This document shows, piece after piece, positions 46,442-54,732 of a DNA stretch of 64,000 bases. Each line of letters starts with the position of its first letter. Position 1 is the stretch's first letter. This DNA is from an uncultured Bdellovibrio sp. Lineage in GTDB: Bacteria; Bdellovibrionota; Bdellovibrionia; Bdellovibrionales; Bdellovibrionaceae. Position numbers and translations under genes: made by a program. A model generated the notes under the pieces. That model was not told the DNA's origin. It did no database searches and was given only the letters and a program-made list of their open reading frames with translations. The DNA lies in contig CAZCHT010000003.1 in assembly GCA_964498705.1 (NCBI GenBank), positions 960 through 64,959 of the forward strand. Reading direction: 5' to 3'.

Positions 46442-47212
46442 CTAGTTCTCTACATATCGAATGAATTGAGCGTTGTTTATGAAAAACATATCGACCAGTT
46501 CAGTTGAGGAATAGCCTAAAAGCGAGTTTTTCTTTTTGGGCGGATTTTCTTGAAGTTCTTTAACTTTTGCTTTTGTTAGTTCCCACGAATTTGGCTCAGT
46601 CGGAAGATACTTACTTAGTTCGTCAGCAGCCCCATGAAATAAATCGCTATTGGCCAATTGGTAAGCGTCATGAATCACCTTAAGTGTATTAAAGTATTCA
46701 ACAAGGAGAGTTCCTAAAAGTGGTCCTGATAGTTTGTAGTTAGTTTCTTTTAATTTGGCATGGATTTCTAGATAGCTTGATTTCACGGCTGAATAGGGTA
46801 TTGCTACTGTCGTTTTAATTGTTAAGGTAGGCGACAATGCCACGTCTTGAATATCTAAGCCAGAACAAACGAAGCCGTTCAAATTTTTATAGTTTTCGTT
46901 TCTATCTTTTTGAGTCAACCAAACAAATTGAATCTGTGACTGGAGATTACATTTAACTTTGCAGAAGTAATAAGACTCATCGTCGCTATTAGATAGTTCG
47001 GATATGTGTCCGGCACCAATTTCTTCAATTGCCTTTTTATTTCCATTCGCGCTTTTAAGGTCTTTTAGATAAATTTTAGAATCCACCAATGTGTGGCACT
47101 CGCCTTCAGCCAAAGTGGGTTCCGTCAAATGCTTGGTATCTATAACTTGCGCCTGCGAATAGAATGAAAGAAGAATAGATGAAATGAATATAAGGCTTAA
47201 AGTAGGTTTCAT
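46442..47212 (-). CDS. Secreted protein, unknown function
   Basis: 256 aa with signal peptide MKPTLSLIFISSILLSFYSQAQ. No domain recognised. Confidence 0.55.
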   Translation of the reverse strand: MKPTLSLIFISSILLSFYSQAQVIDTKHLTEPTLAEGECHTLVDSKIYLKDLKSANGNKKAIEEIGAGHISELSNSDDESYYFCKVKCNLQSQIQFVWLTQKDRNENYKNLNGFVCSGLDIQDVALSPTLTIKTTVAIPYSAVKSSYLEIHAKLKETNYKLSGPLLGTLLVEYFNTLKVIHDAYQLANSDLFHGAADELSKYLPTEPNSWELTKAKVKELQENPPKKKNSLLGYSSTELVDMFFINNAQFIRYVEN

Positions 47213-47301
47213 AAGGTCTGTTGTATCGTAAAACTAGCTTAGCCGTAATGTCTTAGTTCCGACAGGTGGAATTTACAAAAGGAACCTCTCGGGGCCGAGT
47301 T

Positions 47302-48066
47302 TTATCCCTTGATGATCTTAATAAACTCAGCAATTACTTGGATTTCATCGTCAGCAGCCCCCATTAATATTATGGGAGAAAATTTTGGATTTTCTGATAC
47401 GAGGTGAATGATCGACATATCGTCGTCCTCAGACTGTCTAGATGGTGTTTGTCTTACATACTTTTTAATGACAAAGGATTCTCCTGTTTCAGAGTTTTTT
47501 AATCCTCGCGCTTGGATTAAAAAGATATGACCTTGCCGACTTCCCCCTGTGTACCTTCGAAATAGGCAAAGATCGCCATCATTAATTTTGGGTTGCATCG
47601 ATTCCCCGCGGACGAAAGCGGCAAAATAATCAATGTTATCCGTTTTGAGCGATGCATCTACCCAACCGATGGGTACCACCTCGTTAAATGGTTCAGAGCT
47701 ACCGAATTGTCCCGCAGCCACTTTTAACGGATAAAGGGGGACGTGTCGGGCCGGGCGGGCGGCTCCCTCCTCATAAGGGACAATGCGTGAGTCTTTATAA
47801 ATAGAGTGTTCGGGATTATCTTTTAGAAAGGCAAAAAGGTCTAACAATGAACATCCGAGGACCTCCGCATAGCGGAGGAGAACTAACACCTGTGAGTCAC
47901 TCAGGCCGCGCTCTAGACGATCGATAGTTCCCGGAGATAATTTATCACTTTCCTTGGCCAGCCGGTCAATAGACAGACCTTTTTGCTTACGAAGTTGGCG
48001 ACAGTGTTGACCTAAAGACTTTAGAAATAAGTCATTCTTATACCGAGTCGTTTTTGTTTTTCCCAT
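47302..48066 (-). CDS. CI/LexA-like repressor: XRE-type HTH fused to an S24 autopeptidase domain
   Basis: The N-terminal HTH is LRKQKGLSIDRLAKESDKLSPGTIDRLERG. The linker has a VAAGQF (Ala-Gly cleavage-site-like) sequence. The S24 motifs are FVRGESMQPKINDGDLCLF and a downstream VIKKY Lys. Confidence 0.8.
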   Translation of the reverse strand: MGKTKTTRYKNDLFLKSLGQHCRQLRKQKGLSIDRLAKESDKLSPGTIDRLERGLSDSQVLVLLRYAEVLGCSLLDLFAFLKDNPEHSIYKDSRIVPYEEGAARPARHVPLYPLKVAAGQFGSSEPFNEVVPIGWVDASLKTDNIDYFAAFVRGESMQPKINDGDLCLFRRYTGGSRQGHIFLIQARGLKNSETGESFVIKKYVRQTPSRQSEDDDMSIIHLVSENPKFSPIILMGAADDEIQVIAEFIKIIKG

Positions 48067-48095
48067 AACTTAGCGTATGCTATTTTTGATTGATA

Positions 48096-48138
48096 TTATC
48101 CCTTATAAGGTATAAAAGTAATATCTTATAAGGGATAA
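48096..48138. promoter_or_regulatory. Operator-like inverted repeat in the divergent promoter region
   Basis: TTATCCCTTATAAG (48096-48109) and its exact reverse complement CTTATAAGGGATAA (48125-48138) are 15 bp apart. Each arm contains the self-complementary core CTTATAAG. Confidence 0.5.
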
Positions 48139-48228
48139 GATTCGGCGTGAGAGGTTGACGTTTTCCGTGATCTTGGAAATCTGTCTGGGATGTTGGAACT
48201 GGTCTCAACAGTAAAGTAAGGAAGTAAG

Positions 48229-48540
48229 ATGATTGGTTTAATTATGGATATTGAACTGAAAATTAAAGATGTTTTGAAAGACTTAATGAAAAAACGAGGA
48301 GAAACATTGCTTTCTCTTTCTCAGCGTACGGGTGTTCCCAAGTCAACTATTGCTGATTGGATGACGAATCGAACTCCCAACCCTATTCAGGCGGTGAAGA
48401 TCGCGAAATATTTCGGAGTCAGTTTACATTTTCTACTTTTTGGATGTGAGGATACTCAAGATGCGGAAAATAAAATATCATTCGATGGAATTCTCGATGG
48501 GCGATTTGAAATTGATATTCGAAGGGTCAAAAAAAAGTGA
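48229..48540 (+). CDS. XRE-family HTH regulator (Cro-like partner)
   Basis: The HTH is LMKKRGETLLSLSQRTGVPKSTIADWMTNRTPNPIQAVKIAKYFGVSLHFLLFG. AAGGAAG lies upstream of the ATG. Confidence 0.8.
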   Translation: MIGLIMDIELKIKDVLKDLMKKRGETLLSLSQRTGVPKSTIADWMTNRTPNPIQAVKIAKYFGVSLHFLLFGCEDTQDAENKISFDGILDGRFEIDIRRVKKK

Positions 48541-48553
48541 ATAAGGGGGAATT

Positions 48554-48919
48554 ATGACAGCCAAAATTTTATTGGTGGATGACGATCCGGGCATGATAGA
48601 ACTAATTGCCGAGCATATTGAAAACTGTTTTTCTGGCATCGAGTTGGTAACGGCTACCTCGGGCTACAACGCCATCAAAATTCTTCAAAATAATCGCAAT
48701 TTTGAAATCATCATTGCCGACTACAATATGCCCGATGGTACCGGTGCCGATGTGCTTAAATACATTGTGCAAACTAAGCATCCTATTTTCATTGTACTTC
48801 ATACATCAGATTTAAATCCTATGTTGCCGGGACAACTGGGCGATTTTTTTCTAGGAATTGTGCCGAAAATGAATTTCGATGAGTTAAATAGGATTCTAGT
48901 GAAATTACTTATTCAATAA
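48554..48919 (+). CDS. Single-domain (CheY-like) response regulator receiver
   Basis: ILLVDDDPGM, the phospho-acceptor region IIADYNMPDGTG, and a conserved T (HTS) and K (VPKM) are present. There is no output domain. Confidence 0.85.
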   Translation: MTAKILLVDDDPGMIELIAEHIENCFSGIELVTATSGYNAIKILQNNRNFEIIIADYNMPDGTGADVLKYIVQTKHPIFIVLHTSDLNPMLPGQLGDFFLGIVPKMNFDELNRILVKLLIQ

Positions 48920-48938
48920 AGTGAGTATTTTTAAGTGA

Positions 48939-50330
48939 TTATAGAATCAACCCTTTTAAGACCACGCTGGCGACGGTGAAATAAATTACAAGTCCCGTTA
49001 CGTCCACAATCGTGGCAACCCCTGGCGCCGAAGCCGTTGCGGGATCCAGATCAAGTCGCTTAAGAACGAAGGGTAACATGGAACCGCAAATGGTTCCCCA
49101 AAGCACAACACCTAAGATACTGAATGCGACTGTGAGAGCTACATAAAAGTAATGTGGACCATACTGGCTTTCTTTATTTGGCCACAACATAATACGAATG
49201 ATACCAAGCGTGCCTAGGAATGTTCCGAGTGCTAAACCACTCAATAGCTCGCGGCTCAGGACGCGCCACCAGTCACGGGTTCGGACTTCACCCAGCGCCA
49301 TCGCCCGAATGATAAGGGTCGAAGCTTGTGACCCTGAATTACCGCCGCTGGAAATAATTAACGGAATAAACAATGCTAGGACTACGGCACGTTCAATTTC
49401 TGATTGGAAAAATCCCATGGCAGAGGCTGTGAACATTTCGCCGATGAAAAGGATTCCTAACCAACCCGCGCGTTTTCTGATGAGTTCGAATAGCGAGATT
49501 TTCAAGTAAGGCGCATCAAGTGTTTCAACGGCACCTAGTTTTTGGATATCTTCTGTTGCCTCTTCTTGGATCGCAGAACTCACGTCATCGAACGTAACGA
49601 TACCTTGCATTTGGCCGTCGTCGTTAATAACGGGTAATGCCATCAAGTTTTGCTGTGAAAAGATACGACCAATTTGTTCTTGATCGAGATTGACCGGAAT
49701 TTTAATAACGTCGGCTTTCATAATGTCGCGAACCAATTTTGTCGGATTCGCTGCGAACAATTCGCGGAAAGAAGCTACACCCAGCAGAACTTGGTTGTTA
49801 TCTAAAACATACGCATAGTAAATAGTTTCGACCTGAGTTTTAGCTTGAATGCGTAAATAACTGATAGCTTCGTCCACAGTCATTTCGGGACGCAAACGCG
49901 CGTATCGGGAACTCATCAAGCCCCCGGCGTTATCTTCGGCATAAGCGAGTAGTGCGGTGACTTCACGTCGAGTTTGTGGATCTAATAAGCTTAGAATTTC
50001 TTCGCGACTGTCTATCCCTAATTCTTGAATAATGTCAGCTACGTCATCGGGCGCTAATAAGCGAACCCATGAGCGTTTTTCCAGCGCTGCAAATTCAGAG
50101 ATAAGTTCGGCTTGGTCATGTACGGTAAGACTTAAAAATAAATCTTCAGCTTCTGTGCGTGGCAGAGCCGCAAATTTTTGCCGACGTTCCCCAAAAGGAA
50201 GTGCCGTCCAAGATGTGGCTAGGTTGATAAGCTCATTCTCAGGCACTTCTTCCAGCATATGAATATTTTCTTCGCTATTTTCTAACGAATCGCTGTTCTT
50301 ATTAAGATCCTGATTTTGGTTATCTTCCAT
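48939..50330 (-). CDS. mgtE: Magnesium transporter MgtE
   Basis: It has the MgtE N-domain (LLAPDDVADIIQEL), a CBS pair, and a C-terminal 5-TM MgtE domain (PLIISSGGNSGSQAST; VATIVDVTGLVIYF). Confidence 0.9.
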   Translation of the reverse strand: MEDNQNQDLNKNSDSLENSEENIHMLEEVPENELINLATSWTALPFGERRQKFAALPRTEAEDLFLSLTVHDQAELISEFAALEKRSWVRLLAPDDVADIIQELGIDSREEILSLLDPQTRREVTALLAYAEDNAGGLMSSRYARLRPEMTVDEAISYLRIQAKTQVETIYYAYVLDNNQVLLGVASFRELFAANPTKLVRDIMKADVIKIPVNLDQEQIGRIFSQQNLMALPVINDDGQMQGIVTFDDVSSAIQEEATEDIQKLGAVETLDAPYLKISLFELIRKRAGWLGILFIGEMFTASAMGFFQSEIERAVVLALFIPLIISSGGNSGSQASTLIIRAMALGEVRTRDWWRVLSRELLSGLALGTFLGTLGIIRIMLWPNKESQYGPHYFYVALTVAFSILGVVLWGTICGSMLPFVLKRLDLDPATASAPGVATIVDVTGLVIYFTVASVVLKGLIL

Positions 50331-50417
50331 CGATTCTTCTTTCGGTATTTCATCGCGGCAGCTTGAGATTTTTTTAGATTTAATAACAGATAGTTAGGGG
50401 GGACTACAAGCATGAAT

Positions 50418-52049
50418 TCAAGTCGGACGTGCATCCTCAAATTTTTTAAATTCTTCGATGATCTCTAGAGCTGGACCTATTTTGCGAATCTCACCCTTGT
50501 CGAGCCAAACGATGCGATCACATTTTTCAAGTGTCGATAGCCGATGGGCAATGATGATCACCGTGCGATCACTAAAGAACTCTTCAGTGGCGCGAACCAT
50601 AAGCTCTTCTGAGTGCGGATCAACCGAACTTGTCGCTTCATCCAAGATGACAATCGGAGCCTTTTGTAGAAGGGTGCGCGCTAAACATAATAATTGTTTC
50701 TCGCCCACGGACAGGTTTTTGCCACGTTCTTCAATTCGTGAGTCCAACATGAAGGTTTCTTGAGTCGAAGCCACGTAACCCACTTGCACTAAGGTCTGCA
50801 TCAGGTCCGATTCACTGAGCTGCTTGAGTGGATCCAAGTTTTCACGCAAGGTTCCTTGAAACAACACAGGATCTTGAGAAATGTAAGAGTAGTTGAAGCG
50901 ATAGGTAGTCAGATCAATATCGACAATGGGTTCTTTGCCATTGATAAGTATGCGACCTTTTTCATACGGATAGAGCAAGAACAGTGATTGGATTAAGCTC
51001 GTTTTGCCAGAGCCCGTACGCCCAATGATTCCGATTTTTTCACCGAAGTGAATTTTTAATGAGATGCCTTTTAAGACCCACGGTAGTTCAGTTGAATAAC
51101 GAAACCATAAGTTTTCAAGCGTCAAATCACCTGTGCCGCGCGCACTTGTTTTTGATTGAGGTGCTCTGAGTTTTGAAAGCAACTCTGGTGAGCGAATCAG
51201 TTCTGGCAATTTAGCCAAATAATCTGGGTCTTGGCCGTACTCTAATTCTTTGTTCAGATATTGTGACAAGCGTTCGACTCCGATAATGCCTTCTTCGAGC
51301 TGTGCTAACCACTCGAAGAACATTTGAATCGTATTACCAGAGTAAACAATAAGACCAAAGGACGCGCCAATGGCACCTGCCGAAATTTTTCCATCTTTGA
51401 TTAAATAAAAGGACATCACGCCCACTATCAATAACAGTAAGCTGCTGAGCGTGTTCATTTGAAATGAAAACTTCATGATCTCAATGTTAGTTTTAAGACG
51501 TTGATTCACATAATAAGTGTCCAGAAAATCAAATCGATCGCGGAATGATTTAGATCGGCCACTAATTTTGATAGTAGTTGCGCCTTGAGTGCTTTCTGCA
51601 AAGTGAGAAATAGACGGTGAACGACTTGCCGATAGAGCACGACGTTCATTGCGAAGTTTGTGAATGTTTTTTTTATAAATGAAAAGATTTAGAAATATAA
51701 TAAATACGAGCGGAATGGCAAAATAGTAGCTCGACGCAACGATCAGAATCAAAATACAAATTAGATCGAAAATGATAGACAGAAATTCCGCAAGCGGTCC
51801 ACCGAACAATCTGAAAACGGTGCCGTAGTCTGACGAAAAGCGTGTGATAATTCGTCCCGCAGGGTTTTCATCAAAGAAGCGAATGGGAAAACGAGAGGTT
51901 TTAAATGTAACCCAGTCGTAAATGGATGATACCGCGTAGGCTGAGTATCTTGAAAACAAGATACGAAAAAATAATGTAAACGCGAAACCAACTGCACACA
52001 TGATCGAAAGTAGAACAAGATAGTCATCATGGCCCCAATTGGCAAACAA
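50418..52049 (-). CDS. ABC exporter half-transporter (TMD-NBD, ABCC-like), downstream part of a gene interrupted by an in-frame TGA
   Basis: FFDENPAGRIITRFSSDYG in the TMD. The NBD has GRTGSGKTS, LSVGEKQLLCLARTL and IVILDEATSSVD. The ORF begins at a TTG only because of the stop at 52101-52103. Confidence 0.8.
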   Translation of the reverse strand: MFANWGHDDYLVLLSIMCAVGFAFTLFFRILFSRYSAYAVSSIYDWVTFKTSRFPIRFFDENPAGRIITRFSSDYGTVFRLFGGPLAEFLSIIFDLICILILIVASSYYFAIPLVFIIFLNLFIYKKNIHKLRNERRALSASRSPSISHFAESTQGATTIKISGRSKSFRDRFDFLDTYYVNQRLKTNIEIMKFSFQMNTLSSLLLLIVGVMSFYLIKDGKISAGAIGASFGLIVYSGNTIQMFFEWLAQLEEGIIGVERLSQYLNKELEYGQDPDYLAKLPELIRSPELLSKLRAPQSKTSARGTGDLTLENLWFRYSTELPWVLKGISLKIHFGEKIGIIGRTGSGKTSLIQSLFLLYPYEKGRILINGKEPIVDIDLTTYRFNYSYISQDPVLFQGTLRENLDPLKQLSESDLMQTLVQVGYVASTQETFMLDSRIEERGKNLSVGEKQLLCLARTLLQKAPIVILDEATSSVDPHSEELMVRATEEFFSDRTVIIIAHRLSTLEKCDRIVWLDKGEIRKIGPALEIIEEFKKFEDARPT

Positions 52050-52103
52050 CGCATGCTGTGTGCACTGTGCAGGCGCTTTACAAAGCGAATCGACCCAGTA
52101 TCA

Positions 52104-52265
52104 GATGATATTAGCTTGGCCTAAAATTAAAATTCGCCCCGCTAAACCCAAGAACAAAGCAAATACCAGAGCCGTACGATACGGACGATAGGCTTTGGAT
52201 AATGTATCGTACACGGCGCGAGAAAACTGTTTGTTCGATGATTCGGATTTTTCTTCGAACTTCAC
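52104..52265 (-). CDS. N-terminal 54 codons of the same ABC exporter gene (upstream of the in-frame TGA)
   Basis: GTG 52265 overlaps the upstream gene's stop (GTGA). The translation VKFEEKSESSNKQFSRAVYDTLSKAYRPYRTALVFALFLGLAGRILILGQANII includes TM1. It is in the same frame as 50418-52049. Confidence 0.65.
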
Positions 52266-54052
52266 GTGTTGTCTCCGTTCTCTATTTCAACAAAATCTGG
52301 TGAAGTAGCTTCCGCAAGTTGATTGCAAAACAATCGAAAGTCCGCATCTTTGTTGAGTAGATCTGAATAGGAACCGGAAATCTTGATGCTACCGTTTTTC
52401 ATAAAATGAATAACGTCAGCAGCGATCAGTAAATTTAATCGGTGAGTCGTCATGATAACGGTTTTGTTTTTCCACACACCATTCACTAGCTGACTAAAGA
52501 TCAGGTGTTCGGTCTCTGAATCGAGCGCGCTGAAGGAATCATCTAGAACTATAATATCGCGATCATCAAAAGCCGCACGGGCGATGTTTATACGTTGCTT
52601 TTGGCCACCGGATAAGTTTACGCCTCGTTCGCCGAATTCAGTATCAAGACCATTCTCTAATACGGACATGTCTTTCTTGAACTGAGCATGAAGAATAGCT
52701 TCTGTGACCTTATCATCGCAATCTTTCGGAGAATCGTATTGCAGGAATATATTGTCTCGCAATGTCGTTGAAACAATTAAACCTTCTTGAGGGACGTAAC
52801 TAAAGACGTTCCGGAAATCATTCGTGGTGTTAGTCAGTAAACTGCGATTGATAACATAACGATCCCATTCACAGTTCGTTTCGCCTAGTAGCGATAGAAG
52901 CAGCATGCTTTTTCCACTGCCAACTTCGCCGACGATCATGGCATGTTGCCCTTTTACTATGTTTAGCGAGTCCACATTTAGAATGTATTGATCTTGAATC
53001 GATAGTTTTAAATTTTTCAATTCTAAAATATTTTTCGAAGCTATTGGAATTATCTCGGCCTCGCGTGAATCGAATTTGTTTTTTGCAGAAAGAAACGTTT
53101 CAATACGTGCGATACTTGTTGCCGCATCAAAAGCGAATGTAAAGAACCAGGGCATTTGCCGAAACGGCCGGGTCAAGAAAACACCTAGAATCCATAATAG
53201 AGCGAATATCTCGCCCGGACTGAGTTCACGTTTATAGTACAGTACCAGCAACCCTAATGTGACAATGTTCACGATAAATGTGAAGGACGACGAGATTGAG
53301 TTCATCATCTGACCGTTGGTAACCATTTTGATGCGGTTTCTGGTTTCGACTTCGCGTTTGTCGATAATTTTTTGTTCAATAATTTCAACCCAGCCTAAAA
53401 TTCGAAGGGTACGAATATTTTGAACCCATTCATTCACAAAGCCCAATCGTTCAGCCGCGAGTGTTTTAAATCGGTAGAAAAATTTAGATTGGCGAAAAGC
53501 CAATGCTGTATTCAAAGCCGTAATTCCGAAAACCACGGCCAATGTAAAAGCGATCGGTGTATCGAAAAAATTTACGAGCACGAACGGAGTAATCAAAAGT
53601 GGAAAAAATGTCGACGAACCTGATGGCAGAGTTTGATCTAGATAAACGGTGGCGCCAGACACATCTGTTGCATAGAGAGAAACAATTTCTCCAAGCGGCC
53701 GCTTAGTCATAGTATCGAGTTTTAGCGAAAGCATTTTGTCATAGATTTTCTCGCCAATTTTTTTCTGCATGAACAACGCTTCTTTAACGCCAATGTAGTT
53801 GGTCAGTTGATTCAATAGCTGACTCAGCACCAGAAAAAAAACAGCTAAGAACAAATAAGGCAGTGGGCTGTCAAACCTCAAAAAACTGGGCAGATAACTA
53901 TGGTCATAAATTATGAAATCGATAAAACCTTTTTGAAAGTACGGAGATAGAATTCCTAAAAAAGCGGCCATCATAGATGTGCCCAGAATCATTAATCGAT
54001 GGGGAAGTCGATTCAACAAAACATATTTAGTTAAGGAGCTATACTCGCGCAT
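52262..54052 (-). CDS. ABC exporter half-transporter (TMD-NBD)
   Basis: A six-TM region is followed by an NBD with GEVGSGKS, LSGGQKQRINIARA and IIVLDDSFSALD. Confidence 0.9.
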   Translation of the reverse strand: MREYSSLTKYVLLNRLPHRLMILGTSMMAAFLGILSPYFQKGFIDFIIYDHSYLPSFLRFDSPLPYLFLAVFFLVLSQLLNQLTNYIGVKEALFMQKKIGEKIYDKMLSLKLDTMTKRPLGEIVSLYATDVSGATVYLDQTLPSGSSTFFPLLITPFVLVNFFDTPIAFTLAVVFGITALNTALAFRQSKFFYRFKTLAAERLGFVNEWVQNIRTLRILGWVEIIEQKIIDKREVETRNRIKMVTNGQMMNSISSSFTFIVNIVTLGLLVLYYKRELSPGEIFALLWILGVFLTRPFRQMPWFFTFAFDAATSIARIETFLSAKNKFDSREAEIIPIASKNILELKNLKLSIQDQYILNVDSLNIVKGQHAMIVGEVGSGKSMLLLSLLGETNCEWDRYVINRSLLTNTTNDFRNVFSYVPQEGLIVSTTLRDNIFLQYDSPKDCDDKVTEAILHAQFKKDMSVLENGLDTEFGERGVNLSGGQKQRINIARAAFDDRDIIVLDDSFSALDSETEHLIFSQLVNGVWKNKTVIMTTHRLNLLIAADVIHFMKNGSIKISGSYSDLLNKDADFRLFCNQLAEATSPDFVEIENGDNT

Positions 54053-54683
54053 GACGTCTCAACCAGCCTGTGAACGTATAACGAGGTTTGTGGGCCGTAA
54101 GAACCTCATGGTGAAACAGATCACTACGAAATAACACAAATGTGCCACCACGTGGTTCGATCTGTTTTAGTTTATTATCCGGGCGTCCTGGTTCATAGAG
54201 AACAAGTTCGCCGCCGTCTCCAGGTTGCCAATTGGGATTTAAATAAAAAATAAATGTGAACAGGCGGTGGTTCTCGCCACTCGCATTATCAATATGTTTT
54301 CCGTAACTGGCGCCTGCAGGGTAAATAGAAAAGTGGGATTCGATTTCATCAGCAGGCATACGAAAGTGGTTTTTCAAAGCGGCACGTAAATCATCGAGCC
54401 AATGGCCAATGTCTTGAGTAAGGCCAGAAAATTCAGCCAACCAAAATATTTTATCAGAACGAATTTCTGCGTTTTTGTGTCCTTGTTTACCGATAGTCGA
54501 GTCTCGAAATTGGTTAGCCGCATTCAGTTTTTCAATATAGTCGTTCCAGTACATAACACTGCCCGTGTCGAGAAATGCATCACTTGTGTAGAATCCTGAC
54601 TCTTCGATCTGTACCATAATTTCTTTCAGCCTATCGTTTGATAACTTGTGGCAGAAATGTGGCCAATTTAGAGCGGGGGACAT
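54039..54683 (-). CDS. 2OG-Fe(II) oxygenase superfamily protein (prolyl-hydroxylase-like)
   Basis: An HxD motif in YGKHIDNASG and a distal His in LFRSDLFHHEV are present. It overlaps the downstream ABC gene by 14 nt. Confidence 0.7.
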   Translation of the reverse strand: MSPALNWPHFCHKLSNDRLKEIMVQIEESGFYTSDAFLDTGSVMYWNDYIEKLNAANQFRDSTIGKQGHKNAEIRSDKIFWLAEFSGLTQDIGHWLDDLRAALKNHFRMPADEIESHFSIYPAGASYGKHIDNASGENHRLFTFIFYLNPNWQPGDGGELVLYEPGRPDNKLKQIEPRGGTFVLFRSDLFHHEVLTAHKPRYTFTGWLRRHARV

Positions 54684-54732
54684 GATAAATATCTTTCACT
54701 TAGGAGGTTGAAGGACTATAATAGCAATAAAA

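Noticed and set aside
46442-48919. Prophage or integrated phage remnant around the CI/Cro-like pair
   Set aside because: No integrase, terminase, capsid, tail or lysis genes are in the flanking 10 kb, and no att-like repeats were noticed. The neighbours are housekeeping genes (nrdJ, mgtE).
50331-50417. M-box (Mg2+) riboswitch upstream of mgtE
   Set aside because: The intergenic region is only 87 nt, far shorter than an M-box, and has no obvious multi-helix structure.
52101-52103. In-frame TGA read as selenocysteine
   Set aside because: The position is at the end of a TM helix of a transporter, not a redox site. No convincing SECIS-like stem-loop follows, only a 6-bp stem with a 2-nt loop. 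No selA, selB or selC is in the window, and selD is explained by the adjacent selU. TGA is also used as an ordinary stop here, for example by hisS and the upstream ABC gene.
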